From positions 133,694 to 197,693 of the forward strand of contig CAWANT010000007.1 in the NCBI GenBank assembly GCA_963783495.1: a stretch of DNA of 64,000 nt, given 5' to 3'. The notes below the pieces were generated by a model. That model saw only the letters and a program-made list of their open reading frames with translations, was not told the origin of the DNA and made no database searches. Of this stretch, positions 1-11,224 are shown piece by piece. Both the position numbers and the translations under genes were made by a program. Numbering within the stretch: the stretch's first letter is position 1; every line of letters starts with the position of its first letter. This DNA comes from an uncultured Chloroflexia bacterium (GTDB lineage: Bacteria > Chloroflexota > Limnocylindria > QHBO01).

Positions 1-1001
1 TGGAGAAGCTGCTCGACTGCAAGGTGCTGGACCGATCCGCCCTGATCATCGACATCTTCGCGCGCCATGCGCGCACCCGCGAGGGGCGGCTGCAGGTGGA
101 GCTGGCGGCGCTGCAGTACCACCTGCCGCGGCTGACCCGCATGTGGACCCACCTGTCGCGCACGGCGGGCGGCATCGGCACGCGCGGGCCCGGTGAGAGC
201 CAGCTCGAGACGGACCGGCGCCTGATCCGCGAGAAGATCCGCAAGGTGCGCAGCGAGCTGGACGAGGTGAAGCGCCACCGCGCCACCGCCGGACGGCAGC
301 GGGACCGGGCCGAGGTCGCCACCGTCGCACTGGTCGGCTACACCAACGCCGGCAAGAGCACGCTGCTCAACGCCCTGGCCGATGCCGACGTGTACGCCGC
401 CGACATGCTGTTCGCCACGCTGGATCCGACGGCACGCGCGGTGAGCCTGCCGACCGGTCAGCGGATCGTGGTGACCGACACGGTCGGCTTCATCAACAAG
501 CTGCCGCACGACCTGGTCGAGGCCTTCCGCGCCACCCTGGAGGAGGTGATCCGCGCCGACCTGCTGCTCGAGGTGGTCGACGCCTCGGATCCGAACTTCA
601 TCGGCCAGCAGGCGGCGGTGCAGTCGGTCCTCGACGAGCTCGGGGCGGGCGGCAAGCCGCGCATCACCGTCTTCAACAAGATCGACCTGCTGGACGCCGA
701 CCTGCGCGCTGCTCCGATGCCGGCCAGCCGCGACACCGCCTTCGTCAGCGCCGTCACCGGCGAGGGATTCGCAGCGCTGCTGGAGCGGGTCGCCGATGCG
801 CTGCGCGTCCAGATGGTGGCGGTCGACACGGTCGTGCCGTACGCCCGCGGCGAGCTGGTGGCGCGCGCCAAGGCTTCGGGCCACGTGGACGAATCGTTCA
901 CCGAGACCGGCATCCGGCTGGCCGGTCACCTGCCGCCCGCGATCGCCACCGAGGTGCGCAACGCGGAGGTCCGGGCAACGCCTGGCGGCCGCAGCGCCTA
1001 G
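1..1001 (+). CDS. hflX: GTPase HflX (5' end truncated by window)
   Basis: ORF 24..1001 stays open back to base 3 (EKLLDCKVLDRSALIIDIFA). It has the HflX N-domain LQVELAALQYHLPRL and GTPase motifs GYTNAGKST, DTVGF, NKID. Confidence 0.9.
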   Translation, partial: EKLLDCKVLDRSALIIDIFARHARTREGRLQVELAALQYHLPRLTRMWTHLSRTAGGIGTRGPGESQLETDRRLIREKIRKVRSELDEVKRHRATAGRQRDRAEVATVALVGYTNAGKSTLLNALADADVYAADMLFATLDPTARAVSLPTGQRIVVTDTVGFINKLPHDLVEAFRATLEEVIRADLLLEVVDASDPNFIGQQAAVQSVLDELGAGGKPRITVFNKIDLLDADLRAAPMPASRDTAFVSAVTGEGFAALLERVADALRVQMVAVDTVVPYARGELVARAKASGHVDESFTETGIRLAGHLPPAIATEVRNAEVRATPGGRSA

Positions 1002-1004
1002 CGC

Positions 1005-1963
1005 GTGACCGAGGTCAGGGCGGAGGCGATCCGCGCCGCCGTCGACCGCGTGCCGGCGGCCTTCCGCGACATGCCGCAGTTCCTGTCCGAGCCGTTGGGC
1101 GCGGCGCTCGGGCGGCCCGTCATGGTCAAGGCCGAGTCGGCAAACCCGATCGGCTGCTTCAAGGGCCGCGGCACCTGGCTGGCGGTCGAGGCCCTGGCGG
1201 CATCCGGCGAGGTGGGGGAGGGGTCCGGCCTGGTGGCGGCCTCGGCCGGCAACTTCGGTCAGGGCGTCGCCTACGCGGCGCGAGCCCTTCGGTCCCGTTC
1301 GTGGTGTTCGCGGCGGAGAACGCGAACGCGGCCAAGGTGGCCGCCATGCGCCGGCTGGGAGCCGAGGTGCGCCTGGTGGGGGAGGACTTCGACGCGGCCC
1401 GCGAGGCTGCCGCCGAGCATGCCGCCACGTCAGGGTGGCGGCTGATCGTCGATGGGCAGGATCCGCGAATCGCCATCGGCGCCGGCACCATGGCCGTCGA
1501 GCTGACCGATGCCATCGACCGCGGCGACCTTCCGCCGCTGGACGCGCTCTACGTGCCGGTCGGCAATGGCGCGCTGATCGCCGGTGTCGGCAGCTGGCTG
1601 AAGGCGGCCGCCCCGGCCACGCGGGTGATCGGTGTGCAGGCCGCCGGAGCGCCGGCCATGACCTACTCGTGGCGCGAGCGGCGCCTCATCGAGACGCCGA
1701 CGGCGGAGACGGTGGCCGATGGCATCGCGGCGCGCGTCCCGGTGCCGGAGGCGCTGGAGATCATGCAGCGCTGCGTGGACGACATGGTTCTGGTCGACGA
1801 TGACGCCATCGTCGCTGCCCAGCGCGAGCTGGCGGCGGCGCTGCCGTTCACGGTCGAGCCATCCGCTGCCGCAGCCTGGGCGGCCATGCGAAACGCCCCC
1901 GCCGGGGCGGGGGCGATCGGCTTCATTCTGACCGGCGGCAACCTGCCACCGGCGGGGGACTAG
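1005..1963 (+). CDS. PLP-dependent serine/threonine dehydratase-family enzyme, one apparent frameshift
   Basis: ORFs 1005..1445 and 1301..1963 join into one protein. Motifs: PLP-lysine ESANPIGCFKGRG, AGNFGQGVAYAA, then VVFAAENANAAKV and VPVGNGALIAG. The frame switches near 1290. Confidence 0.75.
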
Positions 1964-2278
1964 CGAGTTCGTGTTCACGGTCGCGGGCGCGGAGGCGGGA
2001 GTGGCAGCCTGCTCGCCGAAGGTCGGGTTCGCCGGCCGCTGTGGCAAGCGTGCAATCGCGACACGCCGCACGCGATTCGACTCGGCGCGATCCTGGAGCC
2101 GCTCGCGCATCTTCAGGCCGGCCAACAGGAAGAGCGATGCCCCCAGCAGCATCAGGCCGTAGCCGCCGGCGACGCTCGCGATTTCGCTCAGGCTGGTCAG
2201 CCCGAACAGTGTCAGCGCGCCGCCAAAGGCCATGCCGGCCCAGCCTGCACCCCAGAACGCGGGATGTGTGGGTTTCAT
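1960..2278 (-). CDS. small hydrophobic protein, hypothetical (3' end uncertain)
   Basis: N-terminal part of ORF 1430..2278: MKPTHPAFWGAGWAGMAFGGALTLFGLTSL...GGYGLMLLGASLFLLAGL, two predicted TM helices. GC3 is high when read by eye. There is no in-frame stop before it runs antisense into the dehydratase gene, so the end is a guess. Confidence 0.35.
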
Positions 2279-2480
2279 GTCGGCAGCCTACGAATCGGCG
2301 GCCCACCGAGCGACCAACCAAGGGTCCCGGCCGGGATGCCCATTGGTCCCAGCATTGGGCTTTAGAGCGAGTTGTTCTGGTCGTGGCTGCTGCAGGGCGG
2401 CGCGCGCGATCTCACCCTCTACGTCGCTTTCACGCGCGCGCCGTGCGGTCAGATGGATGTTCCGACCGCGCCACTCGCGC

Positions 2481-2657
2481 TCAAACGCATCGTGCGGTCA
2501 GCTTGGGCTGGCAGCAATCGTCGATGTAGACGGTGGAAAGCTCGCCGTCGACCGCGCTGATCGCGCCGGACTTGCCGGCGTACGGACCGGATAGCACGGT
2601 CACCAGGTCGCCAACCCGCGGTTTGCCGTCAAATAACGCCCGCAGACGCTTGAACAT
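2481..2657 (-). CDS. hypothetical 58-aa protein with KOW-like motif
   Basis: Internal Met of ORF 2481..2741: MFKRLRALFDGKPRVGDLVTVLSGPYAGKSGAISAVDGELSTVYIDDCCQPKLTARCV. The G-x-V-x-V-x-x-G-x-x-x-G-K-x-G pattern resembles a KOW motif. GC3 is about 79% by hand count. Confidence 0.4.
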   Translation of the reverse strand: MFKRLRALFDGKPRVGDLVTVLSGPYAGKSGAISAVDGELSTVYIDDCCQPKLTARCV

Positions 2658-2763
2658 GGACCGATTATCCCGCTGACGGCAACAGAGAGCACGGCTGGCA
2701 GGCCCTTGCCCATCGCTGTGACCGCCGTAGCACTTCCCCAAAGATATGTTATGTGACCTTATG

Positions 2764-3444
2764 TCAGTCGACGAGGTCGATCCGGGCTACCACCGGGAGG
2801 TGGTCGCTTCCTCGCCATCCGTTCGCAACGGAGGCGTGGCGCACGTTCAAGCCGTTGCTCACAAAGACGGCGTCCAGGCGGAGCATCGGAGGCATCCAGG
2901 ATCGCGCCAGGGGCCGCCAGGTCGGCAACGGCGCGGCGCCGGATGCATCGGTCATGCGCGGCAGGTGCGGATTGCGGGTGTTGAAGTCGCCCGCAACGAT
3001 CAGCCGCTCGCCCGTCATGACCAGTCCTGCCGTCCAGGACGTGAGTGCGTGGAGCTGCGCGTCACGGCGCGCACGGCTGCAGGGTGGGATGGGTGCCTTG
3101 AGGTGGGCTGATGCCACCGTCAATCGCCTACCGTCGAGCCGGAGACGCGCCCAGGCGACACGAGGGCGGTCCCAGGGTGGATCGACCGGGTCAAGGAGGC
3201 CCTGCTCCTCGAGCGCGAGATGCGACGCGATGACGATTCCCGGAAGCGTCCCAGCCTTCGGCCACCATAGGCGCGATTGGAACGTCGGTGGCAGAACCTC
3301 GCCGATCTGATCCCCATCGGCCTCCTGGAGCAGCAGAACGTCAGGCCTCCAATCCTGAAGGCCGTCAGAGAGGCGAAGGCGCTCCGGACGCCGCCCCTGC
3401 ATGTTCCAGGAGAGGACGACGAGCTCGACCGCAGCGGTACTCAC
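2764..3444 (-). CDS. endonuclease/exonuclease/phosphatase (EEP) family protein
   Basis: ORF 2764..3522. EEP hallmarks: LSWNMQG, DVLLLQE, IVAGDFN, C-terminal GSDHLPV. The likely GTG start at 3444 overlaps the upstream stop as GTGA. Confidence 0.8.
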   Translation of the reverse strand: MSTAAVELVVLSWNMQGRRPERLRLSDGLQDWRPDVLLLQEADGDQIGEVLPPTFQSRLWWPKAGTLPGIVIASHLALEEQGLLDPVDPPWDRPRVAWARLRLDGRRLTVASAHLKAPIPPCSRARRDAQLHALTSWTAGLVMTGERLIVAGDFNTRNPHLPRMTDASGAAPLPTWRPLARSWMPPMLRLDAVFVSNGLNVRHASVANGWRGSDHLPVVARIDLVD

Positions 3445-4640
3445 GGTTGCGGAACCACCGCAACCAGCTCCCTGGCGAGTGGCGTGGCGAAACGTGGCAC
3501 GACGTGGGTGGACTGCAGCCATGTCGTGAGGCGCTCAGCCTCGGCTGAGACGGCGTCAGCCGCTCCCGAGCCGATGTCTTCCAGCAGCCGCGTGACGACC
3601 TCGCCCGACGGCAGGACGGCCCAGCCACCGACGATTCGACCGTCGGACCAGATCGTTGGCCCGGCATTGCCGGCCGTGTCGAACAGGGCCTCGCGGTGCG
3701 GCCCGAGGTACCAGTCGCGCACTGTCCAGCCCATCGTGGTCGGGTCGAGCGCGGGCAGCAGCGCCACCCACGGCCCTGGATCGGTCGTCGTGTTCGATAT
3801 CGTTGGCAGCACGAACGCGCTCACACCCATACCCACGCCCTCGACCTCGACGGGCACCGCTCCAGCGGCCGCGATCGCTGCCCGCGTGTCGCGCAGCGTC
3901 CATCCCGTCCACCATGCGAGATCCGCCTCGGTGGCCGGCCCGAAACGGGCAAGCCAGCGCCGAGCCAGGTCGCGCTGCGCCTCGGCCACCGGCAGCTCGG
4001 CCAGCGGCGCGCCGAGCCAGCGCTCCATGGTCGACCAGCGATACTGGTTGCTGAGCCACGTCCCGCGCGGGCGGCCGCGGACGACGCGGCCCTCGACGGC
4101 CAGGGTCAGCAGCATCCGGCTGGCCATGCTGACGTTGCCTTCGATGCGCTGGCCCGGATTGAGCCGTGCCCGTGCGGCCAGCATCGGGACGGCCCGGGCG
4201 AGCTCGGCGGCGGTCGCTTCGCCCAAACGCTCCAACGCGGCCAGCGTTGCGGCCTCCGCCTCATGCAGCCACGCCTTGGCGTCCGGGACGCCGAGCTGCC
4301 CGACCAGCGCCTCGGTGCGCCGGCGCTCGACCCTGGCCACACCGATCCGCCGCGCCGGCCTGGATGATCGCAGCGTCCTCGGTCGGCACCACGAACACCG
4401 TCCGCCGCATGGCGAGCAGCCGGACCAGCGTGCGCCGGTCGTACAGCGCATCGTTCACGGCCGCGACCGACGGCTGCGACATGCGCGCCCAGGCCGCCAG
4501 GTAGACGCTGGATGAGTCCGTTCCGTGCAGGCACACCATCCCGCGAGCCGCGTCCTCGGGCGAGTCCACGCGCGCGGAAGGCGCCACGTGGTGACGGATG
4601 GCCAGCCTTCGGCGCCGCTCCTCGATCGAGAACCGTGGAG
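3441..4640 (-). CDS. winged-helix DNA-binding protein, YcaQ/DUF1006 family, one apparent frameshift
   Basis: The N-terminal part (PRFSIEERRRRLAIRHHV...VYLAAWARM...RTLVRLLAMRRTVFVVP) lies in the tail of ORF 4261..5604. The remainder is ORF 3441..4451 (WLSNQYRW, DLAWWTGWT, GWTVRDWYLGPH, GPTIWSDGRIVGGW). The frame switches around 4350-4450. No clean start codon was found. Confidence 0.7.
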
Positions 4641-4643
4641 GTT

Positions 4644-5018
4644 TCAGCGTTCCGCCTGGACCCCGAGCGTGACGGCCGCGGCGATCACGGCCACCACCAG
4701 CGCGGTCGCCTCGCGCGCGTCGAGCCCCACGTCGCCCTCGAAGGCCGACAGGGCCTCGCCCGGAAAGGCACCCAGGACGGCCGGCACCAGGATCCAGCCC
4801 AGCACGAGGGCGGTGGGCGCAATCGCGCCTGGCAGCCGCATCGACCGCGTCAGGACGGCCGTCAGCAGGCCCAGAAAGGCCGACAGCAGCAGCACCAGGA
4901 TGACCGCCGGCTGATCCTGCGCGCCAGAGGCCTCGACCAGGCGGATCAGGCCGCGCTCCAGCACCGCCACCGCCAATGCCAGCAGGGCGGTCAGGAAGAT
5001 CGTGCGCGCCGGGCTCAT
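4644..5018 (-). CDS. hypothetical integral membrane protein
   Basis: ORF 4644..5018, 124 aa, several hydrophobic helices (IFLTALLALAVAVL, VILVLLLSAFLGLL, LVLGWILVPAVLGAF). No recognisable family. Confidence 0.5.
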   Translation of the reverse strand: MSPARTIFLTALLALAVAVLERGLIRLVEASGAQDQPAVILVLLLSAFLGLLTAVLTRSMRLPGAIAPTALVLGWILVPAVLGAFPGEALSAFEGDVGLDAREATALVVAVIAAAVTLGVQAER

Positions 5019-6458
5019 CGGTCCATCGCCGGGCAGCGACGCGCTGGGCGTCCAGGACGCCGGCCTCCAGCGCCTGCTTCAGGCCCAACGCGATCCGGTA
5101 GGACTTCCCCGCCCCCATGACCAGCACCGCGTCGCCGGGCCGCAGGTGCTCGGCCACGTAGGTCGTGGTGACGTCCACGTCCCCCACCGCGATGGCCGGC
5201 ACGCCGGAGATGCGCTCGATGCCATCGGCCAGGGCTTCGGCGGACGTGGCGCGCAGCGTCGCATCGGTGTCGCGGGAGGCGAAGATCTCGGCGATGACGA
5301 CCTCATCGGCATCGGTGAAGGCGCCGGTGAACTCGTCGAACAGCAGGGCCGTGCGGGAGTACATGTGGGGCTCGAAGACCGCCCACAGACGTCGCTCCCC
5401 CACCAGCTGCCGGGCGGCGCCGATGGTGGCGCGCACCTCGGTCGGATGGTGCGCGTAGTCGTCGTAGACGATCACGCCGGCAGTATCCGCGATCAGCTCC
5501 ATCCGCCGTCCGGCTCCGGCGAACGTCTTCAGGCCCTCCGCCAGGGCGGCCAGCGGGGCGCCCAGCTCACGTGCCAGCGCCAGGGCGGCCGTGGCATTGA
5601 GCACGTTGTGCTCTCCCGCCAGGCGTCATTTCGAACGCCTGTTCGAACAGGCGGAACGCTCGCTCCCCCGCCGGTGAGCTCGACGTCGCTCGCCTGCAGG
5701 TCGCCGCCCGGTCCGTAGCGGACCACGCGCCCGTCCCAGTCGCCGAGACGGGCCAGCAGGTCCTGCGAACCGCGATCCGCGGCCGTGGTCAGCAGCAGCC
5801 GCCCGCCCAGCGCCGGGTGGGAGCCCATCCCACGCACGAAGCGCTCCATGGAGGCCAGCACCGCCTCGCGATCGGCGAAGAAGTCGGGATGATCCATCTC
5901 CACGTTGGTCACGATCGCCCCCGCCGGGTGGTAGTTCAGGAAGTTGTCGCCGAACTCATCGGCCTCCACCAGGAACGGTGCGCCGCGGCCGGGTCGCACG
6001 GTGGCTCCCCAAGGACCGATGAAGGCGCCGACCTCCACGGTCGGGTCCAGGCCGGCGCCGATCAGCAGGTGCCCGAGCAGGGCGGTGGTGGTCGACTTGC
6101 CGTGCGTGCCGGTCACCGCCAGACCGATCCGGCCCTCGGCCGTCATCAGCTCGCCCAGCACCGCCTGCCAGGTGACAACGGGCAGCCCGCGTTCCTGCGC
6201 AGCCACCAGCTCGGGCAGATCCGGCACCGCCCGCAGCGCGGGGGTGATGGCCACCCGCTCCACGCCCTCCAGGTGGGCGGGGTCGTGGCCGGACAGGATG
6301 CGGATGCCGGCTGCCTCGAGCGGCGGCGTGTAGGGCGAGGGCGTGTCGGCGTCGCACCCGTCCACGCGGAGCCCGGCGTGGTGCATCAGCAGCGCGACGC
6401 CGGCCGCTCCAGAACCGGCGATGCCGATGACGTGGATGCGCTCGCCGGGCCTCACCAC
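5015..6458 (-). CDS. Mur ligase, UDP-N-acetylmuramate--L-alanine ligase (MurC) or Mpl type, at least one frameshift
   Basis: ORF 5529..6458 (IHVIGIAGSGAAG, VTGTHGKSTTTALL, EADEFG) continues in ORF 4261..5604 (MLNATAALALAR, DDYAHHPTE, WAVFEPH, AEIF). The frame switches around 5540-5600. No in-frame stop is seen. A TGA overlapping the next ATG at 5015..5018 would be reached after a second indel. Confidence 0.8.
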
Positions 6459-6470
6459 GGGCGCCGGCGC

Positions 6471-6993
6471 CTAATCGCTGACGGGAGAGGCGGCCATCAC
6501 CTCGGCCAGGGCCAGCTCCAGGGCGTCCAGCGCGGCTTCGGCCTTGTTGCCGTCGCGGTCGTGGGCGTAGAGGCGGTGCTCGGCAGCGCGTCGGATGGCC
6601 GCGCAGCGCCACGCCGATCCAGTGCGTGCCGACCGGCTTGCCCTCGCTGCCGCCTTCCGGCCCCGCCACGCCAGTCACCGCCACGCCCAGCTCGGTGCCG
6701 AAGCGGTGGCTGACGCCCTCGGCCATGGCCGCCGCCACCTCGGCCGAGACCGCGCCATGCTCCGCGATCATGGCGGCCGGCACGCCAAGCTCCACTTCCT
6801 TGGCCTGGTTCGAGTAGCTGATCACCCCACCCGGGAAGTAGTCGGACGAGCCGGGGATCATGGTGATCGAGTGCCCGATCAGCCCGCCGGTCGAGGATTC
6901 GGCGATGGCCACCCGCCAGCCGGCCTCGCGCAGCGTCACCCCCAGTGCGCGCGCCGCCGCCTCCAGCTGCTCCTCGGACGGGCCGCCGCTCAT
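6471..6993 (-). CDS. CinA C-terminal domain / nicotinamide-nucleotide amidohydrolase (PncC-like), one frameshift
   Basis: The start of ORF 5956..6993 (VAIAESSTGGLIG, GGVISYSNQAKEVELGV, AVTGVAGPEGGSEGKPVGT) continues after about 6595 in another frame, AIRRAAEHRLYAHDRDGNKAEAALDALELALAEVMAASPVSD*, hand translated. Confidence 0.8.
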
Positions 6994-7478
6994 CGGTAGT
7001 TCTCGAACTGCAGCTCCACCGGGTAGTCGAGCCCGCGCAGGTGCCCGATCACCGCCTGCAGCTCGTCCCGGCTCTTGCCGGACACGCGCACCGCTTCGCC
7101 CTGGATGGACGGCTTCACCTTCGGAAACCGCTCGCGCACGATCTTGCTGAGCTCCTTCGCCTGATCGCTGGTCAGCCCGCGCTTGAGGCCGATGTGCTGG
7201 CGCACCGTGCCGCCGCTCGCCGGCTCCAGCGCGCCCCAGTCGAAGATCTTGAGTGAGAGGTTGCGGCGCACGGCCTTTGACTGGATCAGGTCCTTGACCG
7301 CGGTGGCGCGGTACTCGTCGTCAGCCTGCAGCACGATCTCCGTCTTGGTGAGCTCCAGGTTCACGTGCGCGCCCTTGAAGTCGTATCGCGTTGCGACCTC
7401 GCGGCGTACCTGGTCCAGGGCGTTGACAAGCTCCTGCTGATCGAAGTCGCTCACCAGGTCGAACGAGGAATCGGCCAT
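6990..7478 (-). CDS. yajQ: YajQ family nucleotide (cyclic-di-GMP) binding protein
   Basis: C-terminal 162 aa of ORF 6990..8012, starting MADSSFDLVSDFDQQELVNALDQVRREVATRYDFKG and ending LDYPVELQFENYR. This is the typical UPF0234/YajQ sequence. Confidence 0.9.
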   Translation of the reverse strand: MADSSFDLVSDFDQQELVNALDQVRREVATRYDFKGAHVNLELTKTEIVLQADDEYRATAVKDLIQSKAVRRNLSLKIFDWGALEPASGGTVRQHIGLKRGLTSDQAKELSKIVRERFPKVKPSIQGEAVRVSGKSRDELQAVIGHLRGLDYPVELQFENYR

Positions 7479-7525
7479 CTCGATTGCTCCGGCTGTGTCT
7501 GCGTGTTGCTGCTCTATCTTGCCCG

Positions 7526-8821
7526 TCAGCGGCGGGTGATGCGCCACTCCACGACCGCGCCTGGGTCCCCCATCGGCGCCGAGGTCGATCCCGTTGACCG
7601 CGAGGCGCACCGCGCCCGCGTTGCCGACGCGGATGCGCAGTGACGCATCGGCCGCCAACCTGACGCGCGTGCCGGCCTCCACGATGCGGCCGGAGACGCC
7701 GCGCTTCGGCTGCCCATCCTGGTCGATCTCCAGATACGAGCGGCCGCCGACCCGCAACAGGCCGCTCAGCCCCTGGCCCACGCCCACCGTTACCCGACGC
7801 GTGACGGGATCCGCGCGCCTTCGGCAGCGAGGCTGAGGTCCCAGGTGCCGGGCGCCAGTGCCAGCGTGCCGCGGATGGCGCCCTGCGCGTTGGCGGTCAG
7901 GCGCACGGGATCCGGGGCTGATGGTCGACGGTTGGGAACCGGCACCATCGTCGCCGGCCAGCGACTCGATGCGGATCGTCGGCGCCGCCTGCTGGATGAG
8001 CGAGGCCGTCAAGCGTCACCTGACTGTCCGGTGGCGCCGTGCCGGTCACCCGCACCGGCCCTACGACCGTGGCTCCCTCTTCCGGTGCGGTGAAGGCGAC
8101 CGCCACCGGCACCGCCGACGGGGAGGCCTCATCGCCAACCACGATGGTGCGCGTGACCTCGTCGCTGTCGCGATCCGTCAGTGGGTCGCTGGCCACCAGC
8201 GTGATGACGTTGAGCCGGGTACCAGGCCGACCACGACGCGTGAAGTCGCCGCTCGGCATCGGCGTCGACGGTCGGGTTCTCGCGCAGGTCCGTCGACGGT
8301 GATCGCGCGAGTTTGGCTCGGTCTGCCGATGATCGTGTACTCCAGCTGGTCGTACGCCGGTAAGGCTCGCGCCAGCCGGACTGCGTGATGTCAGCTCCGG
8401 GGTACGCGGCGAAGGTCACAGCTCGGCGACGATGTAGACGATGAGGATCGCCACGCCCGACCGTCAGCAGGGCGGCCATCATCGCGCCCGGTGTGATGAC
8501 CAATGCGCGGCTGCGGCGAGTGCTGATCGGGCGCGGGGGCCGGTCTGCACCGTGGGCTTCTCGCTGAGTCGGCTGCGAGCTCTCCAGCCGGTACAGGTCG
8601 ATCAGGTACTCGGTGTCCAGCCCCAGGTAGGCGCCGTAGTTGCGCAGGAAGCCCTTGGTGTAGACGGCCCCGGGCAGCTCGGCGTAGTCGCCGTCCTCGA
8701 GCGCCTGCAGGTAGCGCGCCCGGATCTTGGTGTCGCGCTCGACCCGCGCCAGGTCGACCTCGCGCGCCTCACGCGCGGTGCGCAGCACCTCGCCGAGCTT
8801 GTTCTGGTCGCCGTCGGTCAC
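7526..8821 (-). CDS. RodZ-like helix-turn-helix cytoskeleton protein, several frameshifts
   Basis: N-terminus in ORF 8129..8821 (LGEVLRTAREAREVDLARVERDTKIRARYLQALEDGDY, PGAVYTKGFLRNYG). Middle parts lie in ORFs 7897..8259 and 6990..8012. The DUF4115-like end is IRVGNAGAVRLAVNGIDLG then PMGDPGAVVEWRITRR* (ORF 7526..7717). Confidence 0.65.
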
Positions 8822-11218
8822 GCATCGTCCTCATCCGGGCCGATCTCTCCGCCCCAACCGTCGCTCGTGACCAGTACCTCGCGGAAGCGGCTGCCGTCAG
8901 CCGGGCCCACGATGCCGCGGTCCTCCATCTGGTCCAGGATGCGCGCCGCCCGCGCGTAGCCGATGCGCAGCCGCCGCTGCAGCAGCGAGGCCGATGCCTT
9001 GTCCGAGCGGCGCACGATGTCGATCGCCTGGCTGAGCAGCGCATCGGCGTCGTCGTCCTCGTCCTCGCCCGGGCGTCCGCCGCCCTTGCCGTCGCGCTTG
9101 GGCGCGGTGATCTCCGGCCGGTACTGCGGGCCACCCTGCCCGCGCCAGTGGCGCGCCACCTCGTCGATCTCGCCGTCGGTGACCAGCACGCCCTGCAGCC
9201 GCACCGCGCGCGGGGCGTCGATCGGCTGGTACAGCATGTCGCCGCGGCCCAGCAGGTCCTCGGCGCCGGTCGTGTCCAGGATGGTGCGGCTAGTCGACGC
9301 CGGAGGTCATGGCAAAGGCGATGCGGCTCGGGACGTTGGCCTTGATCAGGCCGGTGATGACCTGGACCGATGGGCGCTGGGTGGCGACCACCAGGTGGAT
9401 CCCGGTCGCCCGCGCCAGCTGCGCGATGCGGGTGATGGTCGCCTCCACCTCGTAGGCGCTGACCATCATCAGGTCGGCCAGCTCGTCGATGACGATGACG
9501 ATGTACGGCATCCGCGGCTCGCCCGCGCGCAGCGCGTCGTTGAAGCCGGCGATGTTGCGGACGCCGCGCTGCGCGAACTCGTGGTAGCGCGCCTCCATCG
9601 TGCCGACCGTCCACTTCAGGGCGTTGACCGCCTTGTCGGAGTCGACGATCACCTCGGTGAGCAGGTGCGGGATGCCCTTGTACTGCGCCATCTCGACCCG
9701 CTTGGGGTCGATCAGGATCAGCTTCACCTCGGTCGGGGTGGAGCGCATCAGCAGCGAGCAGATGATGGCGTTGACGCAGACGCTCTTGCCCGATCCGGTG
9801 GCGCCCGCGATGAGGACGTGCGGCATCTTGGCCAGGTCGGCGCTGAACGGCTGCCCGGCCACGTCCTGGCCCAGGGCGAAGGCCAGCTTGCTGGTGGCGC
9901 CCATCGTGTCGAAGTTGCGCGAACCCAGCACCTCCTTCAGCGTGACGAGGTCGAAGGCGCTGTTCGGGATCTCGATGCCGACATACGGCTCGCCGGGGAT
10001 CGGCGCCTCGATCCGGATGGAGCGCGCGGCCAGGCCCAGCGCCAGGTTGTCGGCCAGGCCCTCGATCCGGGACAGCTTGATGCCCGGCTCCACGTCCAGC
10101 GCGTACTGCGTGACGACCGGCCCCTCCTGGATGCGGGCGACCTTCACGCCGATCCCGAAGTGGGCCAGCGTCTCCTGGATCCGCTTTCCCTTGGCGGTGA
10201 GGTCCAGCTGGGCGGCGCTGCTGGCCGGGGCATCGGACAGCAGGCCGAGCTCCGGCAGCTCCCAGACGCGTTCGGTGGACTCGAGGGCGGCATCGACCGC
10301 GTCGGTCTCCCCCACCGCGGCCAGGTGCTGCTCCTCTTCGGACTCCAGCGCCTGCACGCTCACGGCCGCCACGCCGGTCGCCATGGCCGCTTCCACCGCC
10401 GCGCCGCTGATGGCCTCGGTCACCGGCGCGATGGGCGTGGCCGTCTGCACCCTCGACCCGCCACCGTCGGAGGTCGGGCTGGGCCCGTCAGCGCGCTGCC
10501 GGCGCACGATCAGCGGGGGCGCGTCCTCTTCCTCGCCACCGCCGAAGGCGGTGCGGACCCGCTCCATGAGGCCCACCTTGGCGGCCGTCTCGAGCGGTGC
10601 CACCGGAATCGGCTCCGTCCGCGAGCGGCGCGCGGCCTCGCGCGCCTCGGCGGCGGCCAGCTCTTCGCGATCCTCACGCCGCTGCAGCCAGGCGGCGACC
10701 ACGTCGCCGACCGTCATGTTGAAGTAGAGCAGCATGCCGACCACGAACAGCAGGATCAGCACGATCCAGGCGCCCACCTCGCCGATGGCGTTGACGAGCA
10801 CCCACGTCACGCCGTAGCCGATCACTCCCCCACCCTCGCCCTGCTCGACCGCCTGCGCGCCGCCCCCCACCGCCAGGTGGAACATGCCGAGCAGCGAGAG
10901 CGCCACCACGGCGGCCCCACTCGCCGCCATCCAGCGCTCGGTGGGCATCGACTTCATCCACAGCATCAGCGCGAAGCCCGCGAGCAGGGCCGGCGCGAAC
11001 GCGATCCCCCACCCCAGCAGCTGGCTGAGCGCATCGCGCCACGGCCGCACCACGGCGCCCGATTCGGGCGCGAACAGGGCGATCACGCTGATGATGGCCA
11101 GGATCACCAGCGCCAGCGCCAGCAGCTCGCGGATGGCGCGTCCGCTCATGCCGAGGCCGTTGGTGCGGCGCCGGCGGCGGGTGGAGGTGCGGCGCCGCGT
11201 GCTCCGTCGCGTGGCCAC
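8818..11218 (-). CDS. ftsK: DNA translocase FtsK/SpoIIIE, one frameshift
   Basis: ORF 9290..11218 has N-terminal TM helices, Walker A GATGSGKS and VIDELADLMM. After an indel near 9290 it continues in ORF 8818..9237 (gamma domain LLQRRLRIGYARAARILDQMEDRGIVGP). Confidence 0.9.
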
Positions 11219-11224
11219 CGCGCC

